Shown here: in pieces, positions 26,331-39,341 of the stretch
Numbering within the stretch: position 1 is the first letter of the stretch
Layout: the number at the start of each line of letters is the position of its first letter
Source: Octopus sinensis
Taxonomy: Eukaryota
Assembly (NCBI RefSeq): GCF_006345805.1
Contig: NC_043003.1
Span: forward strand, 50,716,001 to 50,780,000
Length of the DNA stretch: 64,000 nt
Direction of reading: 5' to 3'
Notes under the pieces: generated by a model
Databases searched by the model: none
What the model was told of the DNA's origin: nothing
The model's input: the letters and a program-made list of their open reading frames with translations, nothing else
Program-made: the position numbers and the translations under genes

Positions 26331-27013
26331 TTTGGGATTTTGTGGAGTCAAAATTGGTAACACAAACAGGACAGGGAAAACAAGCAGGAAGGGCTGCTAA
26401 GCCTAAGAGAGGTTGTGGTGGCGAAAAGTAACTCACACTTGCATAGGAGACAGACAAGAACAAGTCTTCCTTGTTCGAGCTACAACGGAGAGAAAGAAAC
26501 ACAAGCTAGGAGAAGAAAGAAAGATGGCCGATGAACACGTGGGAGCCACACCAGTAAGTGAGGAGTGTGTATGTGCGTGCCTGTGTGTGAGTGCGTTTGT
26601 GTGTGTGTACCTGTGTGTGTGTGTGTTTGTGTGTCGGTTCGGCAAATGGTGTTTTTGTAAGAGGAATCAGATTTTAAAAAAATATGGTGGTTAATTTAAT
26701 CGATTAAACCCCGGAAGCAGTAACTCAGCAAAGCCACAGGCAAATGACTGACACCAATGGATCTAGACAAAGCAGAAGAGTGTCCTTGGAAAAATAAATC
26801 AGTTATTGGAGCCAACATAAATTGACAATAGGAGATCATTTCGAGAATCAAGAGTTCCCCAACAGTAAACTTAATATTAAGGAAAACACGACCAGATTGT
26901 CTAGAGACAAAAGGACAGCCGTGAAAATGTGTTTCCGCTTCAATAAATAACATCAGCAAAGGTAGTCATTCTGCCTTGTCTCCAGCAAAACGAAACAGAC
27001 GCACACACACGCA

Positions 27014-27077
<64 letters not shown>

Positions 27078-27109
27078 CATATATATACAGATATACATAC
27101 ACATACACA

Positions 27110-27338
27110 GGCGGCGAGCTGGCAGAAACGTTAGCACACCGGGCGAAATGCTTAGCGGTATTTCGTCTGTCGTTGCGTTCTGAGTTTAAATTCCGCCGAG
27201 GTCGACTTTGCTTTCATCCCTTTCGGGGTCGATAAATTAAGTACCAGTTACGCACTGGGGTCGATGTAATCGACTTAATCCGTTTGTCTGTCCTTGTTTG
27301 TCCCCTCTATGTTTAGCCCCTTGTGGGCAATAAAGAAA
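27110..27338 (+). mobile_element. full-length family A tRNA-SINE (MetaSINE-like central domain)
   Basis: GGCGGCGAGCTGGCAGAAACGTTAGC head, B-box-like GAGTTTAAATTCC, CTTTCATCCCTTTCGGGGTCGATAAATTAAGTACCAG core and AATAAAGAAA tail. The MetaSINE similarity is from recall. Confidence 0.85.
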
Positions 27339-27407
27339 CATATATACATACACACACAAATATGTATATACATATATATATATATATATGTGTGTATATG
27401 TATATAT

Positions 27408-27952
27408 CATCATCATCATCATCATCATCATCGTTTAACGTCCGTTCTCCATGCTAGCATGGGTTGGACGGTTCGACCGGGGATCTGGGAAGCCAGAAGG
27501 CTGCACCAGGCTCCAGTCTTATCTGGCAATGTTTCTACAGCTGGATGCCCTTCCTAACGCCAACCACTCCGTGAGTGTAGTGGGTGCTTTTTACGTGCCA
27601 CCTGCACAGGTGCCAGGCGAGGCTGGCAACGGCCACGGTCGGATTGGTGTATTTTATGTGCCACCGGCACAGAAGCCAGTCGAGGCGGCGCTGGCATCGG
27701 CCACGAGTCGGATAGTGCTTTTTACATACCACCAGACCAGGGATCCTGGCTGGTTCAATTCGATTTCGATTTCGCTTGCCCCAACATGTCTTCGCAAACA
27801 AAGGGGGTTGGCATGGGTGCCTGTCGTACGGTTGGATTGGTGTATTTTACGTGCCACCGGCACGGAAGCCAGTGGAGGCGGCGCTGGCATCGGCCACGAG
27901 TCAGATAGTGCTTTTTACGTACCACCAGACCAGGGATCTTGGCTGGTTCAGT

Positions 27953-27957
<5 letters not shown>
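27408..27957 (-). mobile_element. SINE-like element with (GAT)n tail and internal tandem duplication
   Basis: GATGCCCTTCCTAACGCCAACC core and (CAT)n at the left end. A ~110-bp block is repeated at about 27650..27765 and 27845..27957. A related 3' end lies at 49985..50105. Confidence 0.75.
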
Positions 27958-27998
<41 letters not shown>

Positions 27999-28048
27999 TA
28001 CAGATACATTGTACATATATATATATACTGACAGACATGCTCACACAA

Positions 28049-28098
<50 letters not shown>

Positions 28099-28110
28099 CA
28101 CAGTGTGCAT

Positions 28111-28142
<32 letters not shown>

Positions 28143-29083
28143 CATGCATTTATATACTGACATGCATACACACATAGAAGTGTTTATATATGTGTTTATG
28201 TGTGCGCGTATTAATGTACGCACATGTGTGCATCCGTATGTTTCATGAATCTGTAAATAATTCTGCTGGAGCTTTTTCTCTTGTGTGGCGTCATATGCTA
28301 AGCAACAAAATTTATCACGTAATTCTGATATCTGTCAAAAGGTTGGGTTGAAAGAACAAACTATTTCAACACAAAGCTATTTCTAACACGACAGCAGATA
28401 GATATTCTTATTCTGACCTCGATAGTTAACCCATGTCCAGTTGTTAAGGCTATATATTTCAAAATTTCTAAAACGATAAGACGAAAACGGAGAACTCAAG
28501 TTATATGGCAGACCATATACGGAGGTGTTTATTGAACTTTTCTCTAGAGCTTTCTAAGATAAGAGTTAATGCGTTTGTTTTTTAAGTCCCTTCGCAAAAC
28601 AAGTTATCAAGAGATTAAGAGTTTATCTTTTAAAACTTGAAAATAATAGTGGTGGTAAATACTACCAAAGTTGATAATGTTTATGTGGCGAGTTTACTCT
28701 TATAGTTATAAGTTTAGTTGTTCTTATTGCTGCTGCGCACATGATATTATTGGTTGTGATGGTGATGCTGGTGCTGATGCTGGTACTGGTACTGGTGCTG
28801 GGGAGTGTTTCTTAGATTAAAAGGCTTCCTATTATTAGTACCATTCTTTGTTTTTATGAGGCTTTTTATTACGAAATTAAGCGCGAAGATCGCGTTTCTC
28901 TGTTTAAGTGATGAGGGATTAATAATAAACAAGTCAGGTTTTTTATTTCTTTTCTAATTTTATTTCTTCGTTTGTATCTTTATCGAAACAATGTCTTAAT
29001 AAATAACACACACACTGTGTATCGTATCACTTGCGTGTATGGGTGTGTGTGTGTGTGTATATCATATATCATATATATAGGCT

Positions 29084-29142
29084 CAGGCGTGGCTGTGTGG
29101 TGAGAAGCCTGCTTCCCAACCACATGGTTCCGGACTAAGTCC
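29084..29142 (+). mobile_element. family B SINE head, truncated
   Basis: AGGCGTGGCTGTGTGGTGAGAAGCCTGCTTCCCAACCACATGGTTCCGG. Confidence 0.75.
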
Positions 29143-29330
29143 CTTTCTGTGAGAGTAAAACCTGCTTTAGATCTTTCAGCAATAATGACTGTTGGAAATG
29201 GGTCCTCACTTTTTGCTCCAAAGTAAACCATAAATGTTCGTTTATATTGAGATCTAGTGGTTGTAGGAGCAAATTCAAGCCATCTACTTCACTTCCGTGC
29301 TCCCCCAGGATCAATAACATTATCTATTTG
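29143..29330 (-). mobile_element. Tc1 transposase fragment
   Basis: ORF 29135..29320 has QPLDLNINEHLWFTLEQKVR, matching the Tc1 SPDLNxIEHLW motif. Confidence 0.75.
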
Positions 29331-29461
29331 AAATAAAGAATGAACTAGCATAGTTCAGTGAAATAAAAATCGTCGCTCTTCAATAGGGCTCCAGCCACAG
29401 GTTAAGCGACACAACGATTGGGTGTTACTACGGTCTCATCAATAATGACAAGGTGAAATGC

Positions 29462-29619
29462 TGACGTGGCTGTATGGTAAAAAGCTTGTTTCCCAAATAC
29501 ATGGTACGGGTGTCAGTCCCACCGTGTAGAGCCTTGGACGGTATCCTCTACAATAGTCTCAGGCCAACCAAAGCCTTGTGAGTCGATTAAGTGAACGGAA
29601 ACTGAAATAAGCCCGTTGA

Positions 29620-29655
<36 letters not shown>

Positions 29656-29895
29656 TGTCATTGTGTTTCTGCTTGTCCCTCTCCCCGCCCACACCCTTGA
29701 CAACCGGTGCTGGCGGGTTTACGTCGCCGTAACATAGCGCTTTGATTAAAGCGACCGAAAGAACAAGTGCCGGACTTTAAAAACAGATAAGTACCAGGCT
29801 TTAAAAACAAATAACACATTTCACTAAAAGTTCTTCAAGGGCGGTGCCCCAGCACGGCCTCAGTTTAATGACTAAAACAAGTTAAACATAAAAGC
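29462..29895 (+). mobile_element. family B SINE with internal (TG)n
   Basis: Homologous to 42423..42875. Confidence 0.75.
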
Positions 29896-31574
29896 AAATT
29901 ATAACAGCGTATGCTTGCATCTTATCATTCACTCACACATACATTGTGTCTCTAAAAGTGAACCATTTTAAAAGGGTTTGTGCAATAGAAAAAAAAAAGG
30001 AGACAGAAAAACCGAGGCAGAGGAATGTAGCTATGTTTAAGCCATATTATAGAGTTTTATAGGGAGTGCTTTGTAACTCCTTATAAGTCAAACTTTCACG
30101 AGTAAATGATATCTACATTTCTTTAATCCTTGTAGCTGAGTTCTTTTTATTAACACCATTATTACAAACAAAACCATTAATCAAAGTAGCAAAAGTTAGT
30201 ATACGCTATTGCTTAAATGCCGAGAAATAACAGTTAAGACTCTTTTCTGCTCTCTTTAGGAGCCGCAGAATCACATTGGACACTATAGTCGTAGATAGAA
30301 CATAGCCGAAAATTCGATGGGATAGTTGCGGATGGAAAAAAAATAGCAGCAATCATTTTAGACAGAAAGTCTTGCATTTAAAATAGTATATAATTTTACA
30401 CTGACATAAACTAAATATATCGTCACAAATTTAGAATATTCTGCCCTGAACAGACAAGCAACCGGAAGTGAGAAATCAACTCCACCCCGTATGGCGACAG
30501 CCTGTATGCATATCCGGCACACCCCAGACATAACAACAAACGTTTCATCATTTATACAAAAGTTATATAGAGATATATACTGGCCATTCAACAACCTTTG
30601 TATGATTGTAATGTCCTGCATGCATAGTTAATAAATATATTCAATCGTCTATCTGTGTGAGTGTATATGTTAACTGTATGTGTATGCGTGTGTGTGTTTC
30701 CGTATATACTTGTGATTTGTATGTTATGTATATTTATTTGGTATGAGTATCCTTAACTACAAATGGAAAAATAATTATAACATGTATATTTGTATATGTG
30801 TATATATATATATCTGTTTACCTGGGTATTTTTTCAAGTTTCTCCTCAACAGAGGAAGAGAGAATGATATATTGAGCTGCTCTTTAACATTGAATGAATG
30901 TTTCTTCATTAAAATTTAGACATCATCTCGACAGTCATGTATGTATGTATGTATGTATGTATGTATGTATGTGTGTATCTTTATGTGGATATATGTATGT
31001 TTGCCTGTATGAATTTATAATGTTTTGACTTACGTCTGCGTACACATGGATATGCTTGTCTATACTTGTACATGTTTGCCTACAACAGGCCCAACCTCTT
31101 GAATGTTTTACACATTACAAGAATATAAAAGGCAGGAATGAGTTTCTAATAAAGAAAGAAGTTTCCATTGCAAAAATCTGGGCTTCAAAATTGGTAACTG
31201 TTTACATGTCAAACTTTAGAAATTTTAACATATTTTTGCTGTTTCGCTTACAGATTGTTTATGAAGTGTGTATAAGCTGGACAATTTCTTTGCCTGATAA
31301 TCTTAGAGTCGCTTAAACATTTACTTACATAACTGACTGCTGTAATAATTAACGGAAGAACAAAAATGCATGAATTTATAATCTGGCTGTTTTCGAAAGA
31401 GTTGTCCCTGAATAGCCCTTTTCTTATTGTTTTAAAAAGAAATGTTCATATCTATGAGGCAGTTAACCCTCTCTGAGTGCAAGTTTACTTTTCTGTGCCA
31501 AAGAAACATATTACATCATTAAAGTTTGCGGTTAACAGAAATTTTGATGAGTACGTTTCACCAATATTCTCTGC

Positions 31575-31775
31575 ATGTTTCCGGGTTCAGTCCCACTACG
31601 TGGCACTTAGGGCAAGTTATCTTATACTATTGCCTCGGTTCAACCAAAGCCTTGTGAGCGGAGTTGGTAGACGGAAACTGAAAGAAACCCATCGTGTGTG
31701 TGTGTGTCTTGGTGTCTCCGTTTGTCTCCCACACTGCTTGACAGTTGGTGTTGGTGTGTTTACGTTCCCCTAACA
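31575..31775 (+). mobile_element. family B SINE fragment
   Basis: GGGTTCAGTCCCACTACGTGGCACTTAGGGCAAG...GACGGAAACTGAAAGAAACCC. Confidence 0.75.
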
Positions 31776-33390
31776 GGAACAGTGGGAGTGAATAACTTTA
31801 TGGCATTTTCGGCACTTGTTGATATAGGAAATGTTCCTGATGAACGTGACATAATCGATATTATTGGACGCATATACATGGGGTTGGATAGCTTCTCTGT
31901 CACTTTTGTTCTTTAGACATTTTATAACTAGCTATCTCCTTTACCCATGACTTCGGAAACGTAATCTTTGAAATGTGTCACAATATGAAGGCCAAGTCAC
32001 CTAAAGAAACTATATTTTATGCTATTTATAGGACTCTCCCTGAATATACAGGTAACATATCCATATATATCCATTTTGTAGTTTATGCTGAGTGTTCTTT
32101 CTACCGAGGTTTTACAAGGTCCGTTAGTCCAGCAATTTTGAGTGTCAAATCGGATGTTATCAGGAAATGAGTACTTTTGTGTTCACTTTTTCATATTTGC
32201 AACTACTGCTTAACAGATATTGTTTGAATAATATCACACAACACTAAAAATTTGTCTTCCCCTTTATCCCTACAACCGCCTTCCTTCTGAGATAGAGCCT
32301 GTTAACACCACTGTTTCTGTAAATGTTCCCAGTTGATGTTAGGATCTTGCGGGGATTTCATATCTATGAAGTAAATGTCTGCTGTATCCCAAAATAAGTA
32401 CTGATATTGCAAATGCAACGTATGATATCTTGCTCTATGAGCAAGTGTCTAAATGCCGTATCTTTTTAAAGTCTAGAATAATATTCTGTTGATAGCCTTT
32501 CCTTGTTCACAGGAACTATATGTGATATATTTTCATCAATACCGATACATTTATAGCATTTAGAAAATAGTAAGGTCCTATTGACGTAAAGGTTTGAGAT
32601 TTGAAAAACAGTTTTCATATGTTTAACAAATATGGACATTTCTTTTGGCTAAATTCCATTTCTGTATCAGCTGAAAATGTCATTAAATCCAGCTATTTCT
32701 CAATATTTTAAATATTTCGAAAATTGAACTTTCGTTTATTCACAAAGAAATCCTAAATTACATTGATATCTCTGGCAGTATATTGTAGTATGTAACAATC
32801 TGGAAATTTATAAAGGAAATGACAGTGGTTTTGGTAACGAAATAAACAGACCAAACTTTCACACAGGAATATTGCCTTTGAAATATTTATAATACCGGAG
32901 GCAGTTGTTCTAAACTCAATTATATGTGTGAATATCGTTGACTAGGTCTTTTTTTTTTTTTTTTGAGCCTTTCATTGGCAGCAGCAAAGTAGCAGTATCT
33001 TTGCCAAGTGAAGTTACTTCGGCAGTCATGAATGAGGAAGGGAATTAAATACCGTTCTGTAATCAAACTGAGCTGTCACTATATCAGTGGCGTTCTAAAT
33101 AATAGCACGACTTTATCAAAAATTGTTCGGCACATTTCCACCTGCCACACTTCTTTCTATTTACCTGGCCATCAGTCACCATATTACTACACTCTCAGAG
33201 GTTTCAGTGGAATTAGTTGAGACAGCTTATGTAAAGTTTGTTCATAGGTATGTTTATATGCAAGAGTGTGTGTATGTATATGCATTTATTTATTCATTAC
33301 TTTTGAAAAATGTTCAATAACACAGAGGACCGGGTTTCAACACAGAAGCCAGGCTGTTTCAATGGAATTTAGATAGTTTTAACTACACTG

Positions 33391-33424
<34 letters not shown>

Positions 33425-33428
33425 GTAC

Positions 33429-33806
33429 AGGCGTGGCTGCGTGATAAGGACCTTGCTTCCCAACCACATAGTTCCGGATTCAGTCCCACTATGTGGTACT
33501 TAGGGCAAATGTCTTCTACTATTGCCGCGGGACGACCAAAGTTTTGTGAGAGGAGTTGGTAGATGAAAACTGAAAGAAGCCCGTCGTATGTGTATGTGTC
33601 TTTGTAGCTGTGTTTGTCCCCCACACCGCTTGACGACAGGTGTTGGTATTTACGTCCACCTAACTTAGCGGCTCGGCAAATGGAAAGAATAGAATAAATA
33701 CCAGGCTTAGAAAATAAGTCCTCGGCTCGATTTGTTTGAGTAAAATCCCTCAAAGCGATGCCTCAGCCTGGCCGAAGTCAAATGACTGTAACAAGTAACA
33801 GATAAA
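33429..33806 (+). mobile_element. family B SINE
   Basis: AGGCGTGGCTGCGTGATAAG head through AAATGACTGTAACAAGTAA tail. Confidence 0.8.
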
Positions 33807-33855
33807 GTATAAAAGATATGTATACACTGGGGTTGGACAGAATAATGGAAATAAA

Positions 33856-34085
33856 GCAGCGAGCTGGCAGAAGCGTTAGCACGCCGGGTGAAATGCTTTG
33901 CAGTATTTCGTCTGCCGCCACGTTCTGAGTTCAAATTCCGTCGAGGTCGACTTTGCCTTTCATCCTTTCGGAGTCGATAAATTAAGTACCAGTTACGCAC
34001 TGGAGTCGATGTAAACGACTTAATCCCTTTGTCTGCCCTTGTTTGCCACCTCTATGTTTAGCCCCTTGTGGGCAATAAAGAAATA
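33856..34085 (+). mobile_element. family A SINE, full length
   Basis: Collinear with 27110..27338. Confidence 0.85.
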
Positions 34086-34331
34086 AGATGGAAAGTGGGA
34101 TCGCAATAGTCTTATCATTTATTGCATTAATTTTCTAAAATACTTTTAGATTTTTCGTTATTTTCTACGTGCATCATCTGGCAACATTAGTGATCTAAAT
34201 GCTCTGACAATCCATATTATACAGATGAAATTATTTTTGCGCCAGTTGTGTTTAAATGACGATCAGCACGTTTTTGTAATGTGTTTAATTTTATTGAATC
34301 GTAGCAAGGGAGCTTTGAAACTTTTGAGTAG

Positions 34332-36831
34332 CACTGTTCTCAAACATTAGTTGCCCAAGTTTTTCCTTTCTAGAAAATGGTAAAAGAATAAAACTATGTA
34401 GTTTTTTTTTCCCCTCAAAATCGTTTTCAAATGGGTTCTTTGCAAGATATGTATACATTCAAACATTAAAAAAGACGCCTTACTTCTTCGCTATTCAAAT
34501 AAATCTGAGCCTTCTGCATTTAAAACGCTAACAATTTTAATAACTCTAATAAAACAAAAGAAAATTAAATCAGAGATCATTTTCAGTGAAGCTAAAGTCA
34601 TTTAAAAACTGTCAGCAGTTTTTCAGTAATGTGAATATTTCAGAGCATGAGGCAAATTATTGTCTTTTAAATTATATTTGAAAAATTTTGTATTTTTCGA
34701 AATATTTTCGCAGATCATTTCCATTTAAGCAACATGCCTGGAGAACGAAAAATCTCCATACTTTTCATACATTGCTTCTACAGCTACAATGCAACGACGA
34801 AACATCACAACGCTTCCTATGAAAATAAACTAGATATACTTGATTTGTGATACTGGGTGGGGGCAAAGCAAGAAGTAAGCACCACATCAAGTTCGCAACA
34901 AGAGAGGTAGTACAAAAATACATTATTAATGCCTGTGCCGTACTCATTATATGGCGAGAACAATGAGATAATCATATTGAGTGCTATGTTTGTAGTGTTC
35001 AAATAATTGGACGTACTTATAGATATTTGTCTATTCAAACATGTAATCAGTACATTTACCAATCCATCATAATGAAGCAGTGTCCATTCCCTTTCTCCAA
35101 AACGATTTATTTAATTTTTATAGGTAATGAAATGGATAGTGGTGAAGGAGAAAATGATGGAAGGGTTGGATATTTTTAACAAATTTTTAATATATATCTG
35201 AAAAAAAATTGAAACTAAAGTTATTTATTTACTCAAGAGCATTTGAATGAATATATTCGATACTTATCAATCGCTGTTTAGACAGAAGAATAGGGATTCC
35301 TGTCTCAAAACTGAAGGAAGGTAGTTTGCTCTACCAACATATGCAAATGAGTAGCTCTCACAAGGGAAATTTAATTTTGCCAATATGCTTTATATTACAT
35401 AATCCACTCTGCTAATGGAATGACTTCAATGAACATGTCATAAAACTGCCTCTCATAAATCATTAAATAGCGTGTGCATCAATGGGGTTCCTGTAGAGAT
35501 CCCAAAGTTACTGGAATACTCATGCAAAAGTAGGCCAAATTTACAAACCAGTGCTGTTTCTCAAATCTACGTGACTGGCTACAGAGAGCAACAAGTATTC
35601 CAACAATGAACAGTATCCAATCTCATTTTAGAAGATATTTCTGCCCACTCCCTACATTAAATTTGATTTAATGAGAAATTTTGTTGAAGCAATGACTAAA
35701 TTTAACTCAAGAGAGTTTCATAAGGTATCTAAAAATTTTCCAAATGTGCATGTGACCAATTTAAAAGAGGCAGCAGGTCATCACTTCACAATACACTGGA
35801 ATTAAAAACATAGTCGGCTTTCAAATTATTATGAGAACACGTCCACCTTGATGCCTATAAATATGGGCTCTCGGGCATCATTAAAACTAGTCGTCCTACA
35901 TTCTCATCTAGATCTATTTCCCGAAAATGTTTGTTCGGTTAGCAGCAAGGAAGAAACATACCATTAATATATTATAAGGCAATGGTAACACGATACAGTG
36001 ATTTTAAAATAAAGGCATGATGGTTGACTATCGTTCGGTTTCATAATATGAACACTCTGACAAACTTAGTAAGAGAAATTCATTGTCACATTATTTTTAA
36101 AGCTTTTATTGTGTATAATCTTCCATGACATGCCTATCTAAAGAATGGATGTCGTATAAATGAGGTTAATTTTTATTTTTATTTATGCATTAATTACGTG
36201 TCTTTTTATCGTTACACCCTAAATATTAATAAATTTGAGAAAATGAAAATTGTCGTATTTGCAAAACTATATTTGCTGGCGAAAAAAATAATGATAGATT
36301 TGTAACGGACGTCTAATACTTTCCAAAAAGCTTTCCTTGCTCGTGTGTTTAATTTTGCGCAACTACTTTATATTACGTTGTTTGTCTGACAGGCAAAGCT
36401 TGCAAAACTATTCTGCTACATGTACGAAGTCTGTGCCCATAATGTCCTATCATAGGTTTAAACATCGAGGTTCAGATTTTTTTGCAAATATATATTTCAG
36501 TGCAATCAACAAAAGTAATATAGCCACAAGCAAGTGAGTGTTATACATTCATGCAATACACGAAAAGTATACTTTCAGCTCATCACACAGAGAAAACCCA
36601 ATTCATTTGTGATCACCAGTTTTGCTTACCAAAAGTGGCTCGTTTGGTACTGTGCATTAGTCGCGTCGCAATGTTTGCGATATACGGTCAACTCCGATCT
36701 GGAGAGGAGCTCATTACACACAGAAAACCTGATTCGTATGTGATATATCTGCTTTTGTGCAAATTCATGTGACATACTCTGTTTGGTAATACCACAAATA
36801 TGGGTAATTTGCTTGCTTGATATCAACAGTG
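34332..36831 (+). mobile_element. Chapaev (CMC)-like DNA transposon relic
   Basis: Manual translation gives *APHQV, IIWREQ*DNHIECYVC, HQWGSCRDPKVTGIL, KIFLPTPYIKFDLMRNFVEAM and SLKLVVLHSHLDLFPENVCSVS. These match in order the recalled Chapaev3-type transposase (WAPHxVC, MIWREPxxHxxDCYFC, LPPLHIKLGLMKxFVKA, LHSHLDFFPEN). The ends are CACTGTT and AACAGTG. Confidence 0.7.
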
Positions 36832-37034
36832 AGGTTTATATACATGGTTATTTAAGTAGAAAGTGGTGCATCATAGCAGGAAATAGTTCATAGGTAAAAG
36901 AAAGAATTGTCTTATGACCATGAATTTCAAGTGAATAACCAACATAAATGCGATGAATCAGATAAAAAAAATTGAAGTAGAATAAGGTAAATAAATATGA
37001 TGTGCCTGATACATAAATAAAAGACCTTGGGGTT

Positions 37035-37385
37035 GGCTTCTTCGAAAATACAAAGACCAACTTGAAACAAGACTGAAAATTACTGGAATTGAGTGTCAAT
37101 CATTTAAGACACAAGTCCGAAACCGTACCCACTGGTGGTGTTCCGTTAGTATCAGAACCAAACACTTCGAAGCCACTAGAAGAGCAAAGGAAGAAATCAA
37201 ACGATAGGAGAGAAAGGCTCGACAAAATCAACCTCTTCCTCCACCAAAATTACCATGCAGTCGATTCCACCGATTCTTTGATGCAAGAATTGGGCTACGA
37301 AGTCATCAACGACTTTACCACAAAGGAAACATTCAGCAAAGAAGAAACTAAATTCTCAGATACGATAGATGCCAACAATGACGAG
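37035..37385 (+). mobile_element. RTE (BovB-like) LINE ORF2 C-terminal fragment
   Basis: The frame differs from the listed ORF and reads RKYKDQLETRLK...FEATRRAKEEIKR*ERK...PCSRFHRFFDARIGLRSHQR, typical of the RTE end (RYKDxLK...RIGLxSHxR). Confidence 0.75.
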
Positions 37386-37795
37386 TACGATATAATAATA
37401 TGCATAAGTGAAACGCTTAGCAATTAAAAGCTGATGCTAATACACAGAAACGATTGTTGTGATTAGATGAAAGCCTGTTCACTCCATCTTGTATTATATT
37501 TTTGCTGCGAATTGCGCATATACTAACGGATTTCCACATGTATATCTATTAAAAGAAGCAACCCTACTGTATGTTAGCATATGATAGCCGGTACTCCTAG
37601 GGGAGGTTTGGAATGCACGTTATAAGGCGACTGGGGGCGTCGGTATCGGTAATATATACGTAATATATATGCATTCACACATACATACATACATACATAC
37701 ATACATACATACATACATACATACATACATACATACATACCTATATACATATAGTTGGATATACGTATATGTGTGTGTGTGTGTGTTTGAGTGTG

Positions 37796-37833
<38 letters not shown>

Positions 37834-37900
37834 TATTCACAAATGAGGAACAGCGACCGGCAGACAACAGGACCGTATATCTCTGTTATATGAGATGAAG

Positions 37901-37936
<36 letters not shown>

Positions 37937-38363
37937 ATCTCGTTCGTACCATCACGTGGTGCTTATAATCGCTCCCAATCCTTCATCATTTTATCCTTCT
38001 TTTCCTCTTTCCTTTCTCTCTCCATCCTCTCCTCGTGCTAGTCTTATCATTTCACTTTGTCCTTCAAAGAAAGATAAATGCCCTCTAATAACGCTGCCTT
38101 TAAAAAAATTTCTTTTTCGGTACCAAACAAGATGAATAATATCACTCTTGATTGGTATGACCCAGCTGTAGGAATACTTAACTTGCCAAGACGTCTGGAA
38201 TAGCTTTGGACGTAATTCTGTCTCCCTGTAAAGTCTTCTTTTCACCTCGCCTCCGTCCATAACACCTACTAGCACACACAATCACCACCGCCAACATTGC
38301 AGGCAAATTTCTTGTATCCTCTATAAAATGGCCTCCAAACTTTCAATTCCATAAATCATTTGT

Positions 38364-38705
38364 CAGTGTGTGTGTGCGTGTGTGTGTGTGTGTGGTGTGT
38401 GTGTGTGTGTGTATGTATGTGTGTGTGTGTATCTATGTGTGTGTGTGTGTGTGTGTGCATGACACAACATTCACACATACAAGCTGTAAGTCGGCATACA
38501 CGGAATTCAGTAAGCTTCACACTTAACACGATCAAACACCGACAATCGCATACAGACACACGCTTATAATGCTTGCATTCATACACACACACAGAGGAAA
38601 CATGCACACACGCACACACACTCACACACACACACGCACACACACTCACACACACACACGCACACACACTCACACACACACACGCACACACACACACAAA
38701 CAGAC
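38364..38705. repeat. (TG)n and (CA)n tracts in opposite orientation
   Basis: Directly visible. Confidence 0.9.
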
Positions 38706-38820
38706 ATAGAATATACATGTGAACATGATGCTGTCCGTGCGTGTTGTGTATAAATGTATGATATATGTATATTCACAATATATTTACAAGAGGTTTAAAC
38801 GATATCTGTGTCAGTATATC

Positions 38821-38855
<35 letters not shown>

Positions 38856-38856
38856 C

Positions 38857-38900
<44 letters not shown>

Positions 38901-39100
38901 CAAATTATGATGAACGCAAATAAACAAACGAAGTTTGCTTTAGAAGTGTTGAGATGTCTTAGAAAGCTAAAGAATTGATTTTAAATTCTCAAACGCAGTA
39001 TAATGCTAATAATATAGCCTGGACAAGATAAGGTACCCCTATTTTGCAGAAAAAAGTGTTGGTGGCCGTGATTATGTATATATATATATATATATATATA

Positions 39101-39289
39101 GGGATAAGTCACAAAAAAACAGAAGACGAAGACAGGTGGTGTAGACAACAAACATATGTATTAGTTTATCGCTCGGGAAGTAAAAAAGTCTTTGCCGTTT
39201 CGAGCCTATGGTCTCTTCCACAAAAGTAACACAGAAAGAAACTAAGAGAGAAAATAAAGAATTTTTAGTGGCTAGTGATCTATCATGAC

Positions 39290-39293
<4 letters not shown>
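39101..39293 (-). mobile_element. Penelope-like terminal repeat flanked by (TA)n
   Basis: The minus strand reads TTTGTGGAAGAGACCATAGGCTCGAAACGGCAAAGAC...CCCGAGCGATAAACTAATAC, the same layout as 12895..13093. Confidence 0.5.

Positions 39294-39341
<48 letters not shown>

Noticed and set aside
33823-33852. Tc1-like TIR fragment TACACTGGGGTTGGACAGAATAATGGAAA
   Set aside because: It is only ~30 bp, with no partner TIR or transposase nearby.
37089-37427. 112-aa ORF as a novel gene
   Set aside because: It is an alternative frame over an RTE ORF2 relic.
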